From positions 19,840,001 through 19,904,000 of the forward strand of contig JBHGNT010000013.1 in NCBI GenBank assembly GCA_043228905.1: 64,000 nt of DNA, read 5' to 3'. The translations under genes and the position numbers were made by a program. Positions 61,435 through 64,000 of this stretch are shown here, piece after piece. Below the pieces are notes generated by a model. It was given only the letters and a program-made list of their open reading frames with translations, did no database searches and was not told the DNA's origin. Position 1 is the stretch's first letter. Each line of letters starts with the position of its first letter. The stretch comes from Azolla caroliniana (taxonomy: Eukaryota; Plantae; Polypodiophyta).

Positions 61435-62614
61435 CTACAAGAAACAAATGTTCGATAGATTATTTTTCTCAAATTTATATAAAAATCTCGTTGTAGATTA
61501 TCACTAGAATCGCTATCTTTATATGGCCACTGCTTCATCAGTTATGTTTAAAGAAAATCATGCATATCTACTCTTTGAGGTGAAGGATGGATACACAATG
61601 GATGTATATGCAAAGAAGGAGAGTGGACTGCCTAAATACCAATCTCTCGGGAGACCATTGATACGTATAGTTGTGGAGAATACAATGGCATGCTAGATTG
61701 GATCCTTTTACATCCCTAGATGAAGTTACACAAGGTTTGTCAAAGTCATTGCATAAAGCAGCCACAAATTCCTTTCCCCACACAATGAGCAATGCACCCA
61801 ACCCTGGTCAAGTCAGATGAAATAGTTGGTATGAGGATTGTTGTGATACAAGGAGATACAAAAACAAGCAAGAGATACCTTCCAACACCTCTTGAGGTAG
61901 AAAAAGACATCATATTTGGCTAAATTTCAAGATCATCTGTATTGCGTGTTCCTAGAACAAGGGAGTAAAAGGGCATAGAAAATGTTTCACGAGTGGCAAG
62001 CTATCATATATATGACCTCACCTCAGGTATGGCATGAATATACAAAGGTAGTATATGATATCCCCAGGCAGCCCCCACCCACATGGATCACGCCAAAATG
62101 ATTTCACCTTTTTGACCCTGCGGTGTAAGATACACCATTGGTTGGTTACAAGTAGGGAGTGATGGACAATAATACAGCTACAGAAGCTAATCAACAAAGA
62201 AGAATCACAACTTTCTTTAACCCCATAAATCAAGAACCACACAAATGGGCTGCCAACCAGGACATTGCAAAAGGGCAATGACAAATCAGGAAATATCAAT
62301 TTATCATGCATGTTGGCTTTGGCCTCATGGATCATGCTCTCATCACCCTTGTCATTAATGACAAAGGCCCTTATCTCCCACCATCACAGGCGTTTCCCTC
62401 ACTTTGGAGACCTCTCCATTCTGGATCAACCTATGCTAGAAATTTTTCGAAGCCAAAAATTACAATATATCTCATTTGAGAATATTACATGTATAGTCCA
62501 CCTCTTAGTCAATTTCTATTAACTTTTTTGCTTAGTGGCATTTATTTTGGTTTGTTCTTAAAAACAAGACAACATTTAAGATGTAATCTCTTGTTTCTCT
62601 TATAGGCTTCTTAA

Positions 62615-62682
<68 letters not shown>

Positions 62683-62789
62683 TATTTTAATTTGATTTGT
62701 TGTTCTCAAAGACGAGACAACACTTAAGATGCAATCTCTTGTTTGGTCTTATAGGCCATTTTGGCCTCTCAAAAGACATTAATATATCT

Positions 62790-63435
62790 TTCTTTCTCTC
62801 ATGGATATTGACAAGAAAAAAGCTTTCCTCTCTAAAACAAAGGCATTCAAGGGTGAGAAAATATACTTAGATGACGATCTCACTCCAGCCCAAGTGGCAC
62901 ACCGCAAAGAAAACATGCCACGAGTGCTTGATGCAAGAAAGGAAGAAAAATGGGCTGTATATAGAGATGGTAAGGTCATTATTACAAAGAAGAGAACCAC
63001 ATGACGATATATGGCCTATGAGACCCTACGCATGACTATATGGAACGGCTCTCTACAGACAAATGTCGGATATTTTGAAGATACCTTCAAAAACACAGAT
63101 ATTGCTATGTATACAGAGACCCACCAGTGCATGGCTAGCAAACTCCCTGAGGTGCAAGGATATAGATGGGAGTCATATGTCGTCCCCAACCTCGGACACT
63201 AGGAAACACTCGAGGTTCGGGAGGAGTGGCTGTGCTATACAAAAAGGAGCTCCATTATAGAGTGCATGTTGTCCATAAGGATGTAGATGCACGCTACATG
63301 TGGATACAAATCAAAAGAGGGGATCTTAGGGAGCTATATATTGCTACTTTCCACCTGCCATCTCAAGGTTTGCACCTCCAGCTGAATCACCATATCTACC
63401 ATTATATGATGATATCATAAGATTTGCTACTTTGT
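62790..63435 (+). mobile_element. LINE fragment (ORF1 end and APE endonuclease start of ORF2)
   Basis: KIYLDDDLTPAQV (ORF1 C-terminal motif), followed by LRMTIWNG..YTETH..GSGGVAVL with frameshifts. Confidence 0.7.
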
Positions 63436-63779
63436 GGTGTTCGGGTAAAGGCCCTAAATAACCCCCTTATAGTGTGTACATGTGTATAGGCCTATTTATA
63501 AAGGCCAAAAGTCACTAACCACTTTTTCGTTATTTTTGGGCCAAGTTCAGTGTGAACTTGGCCAACCCTAAATGGGTCATATAAAACATAAGTCAAAAAC
63601 TTTTGGATCTCACTTCAAAGGTGAGTTCCTCCAACTACTGCTCTCTCTCTCTATCTTTTCTACCATAGCTACATTTTATGCGCTACTTTTTCAGCTGATG
63701 ATACTTACGCATATGATGCCTCTCTAAATATTCATTCAGAGGACATGTGTATCACTATGAATGATATTATTGATGCTTT

Positions 63780-64000
63780 GTTGACTGTCAATGATGCATT
63801 GGCCCAAACATGGATAGTTGACTCTGGTGCTTCATTTCATGTGACTCCTATCAAGGAGTGTTTTTTTACTTTTACTGCAGGCAGCCATGGCCGTGTATAC
63901 CTTGGAAACAATCATGCATGTTCCATTAAGGATATTGGCACTGTGCGTTTTTCTACAAATGGCACTAATGAGTTAGTTTTGCATAATGTGCGTTATGTAC
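63780..64000 (+). pseudogene. Ty1/copia protease fragment running off the window
   Basis: WIVDSGASFHVT..VYLGNNHACSIKDIGTVRF..LHNVRYV. Confidence 0.75.

Overview
Eukaryotic nuclear DNA from a land plant. It is probably a non-seed plant such as a fern, inferred from the Tcn1/Tf1-like self-priming chromovirus, abundant (CT)n tracts and gene style. Positions 1-27.7 kb are a nested transposon stack. It holds three copies of an unusual DDD/E-type DNA transposase (DGMDQ / LDN..RENKN / GHTHDHID motifs), one young full-length Ty3 chromovirus and two broken Ty1/copia elements. The highlight is a six-exon, fully in-frame 974-aa gene (9081-13268) lying head-to-head with the first transposase. It encodes a ParB/Srx-like domain fused to a prokaryote-type beta-class amino (N6-A/N4-C) DNA methyltransferase, and its first intron carries a 51-bp-period array of 25-bp palindromes. 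A shared 32-bp terminal motif, plus a second divergent mini-exon and palindrome upstream of the second transposase, suggest a recurring architecture: a large TIR DNA transposon family carrying its own ParB-methylase and cis palindrome array. The rest of the window is ordinary plant chromosome: a CYSTM gene, an EPFL peptide gene, an HDA9-type histone deacetylase (first exon not seen), a MITE, solo LTRs, and LINE and copia relics.
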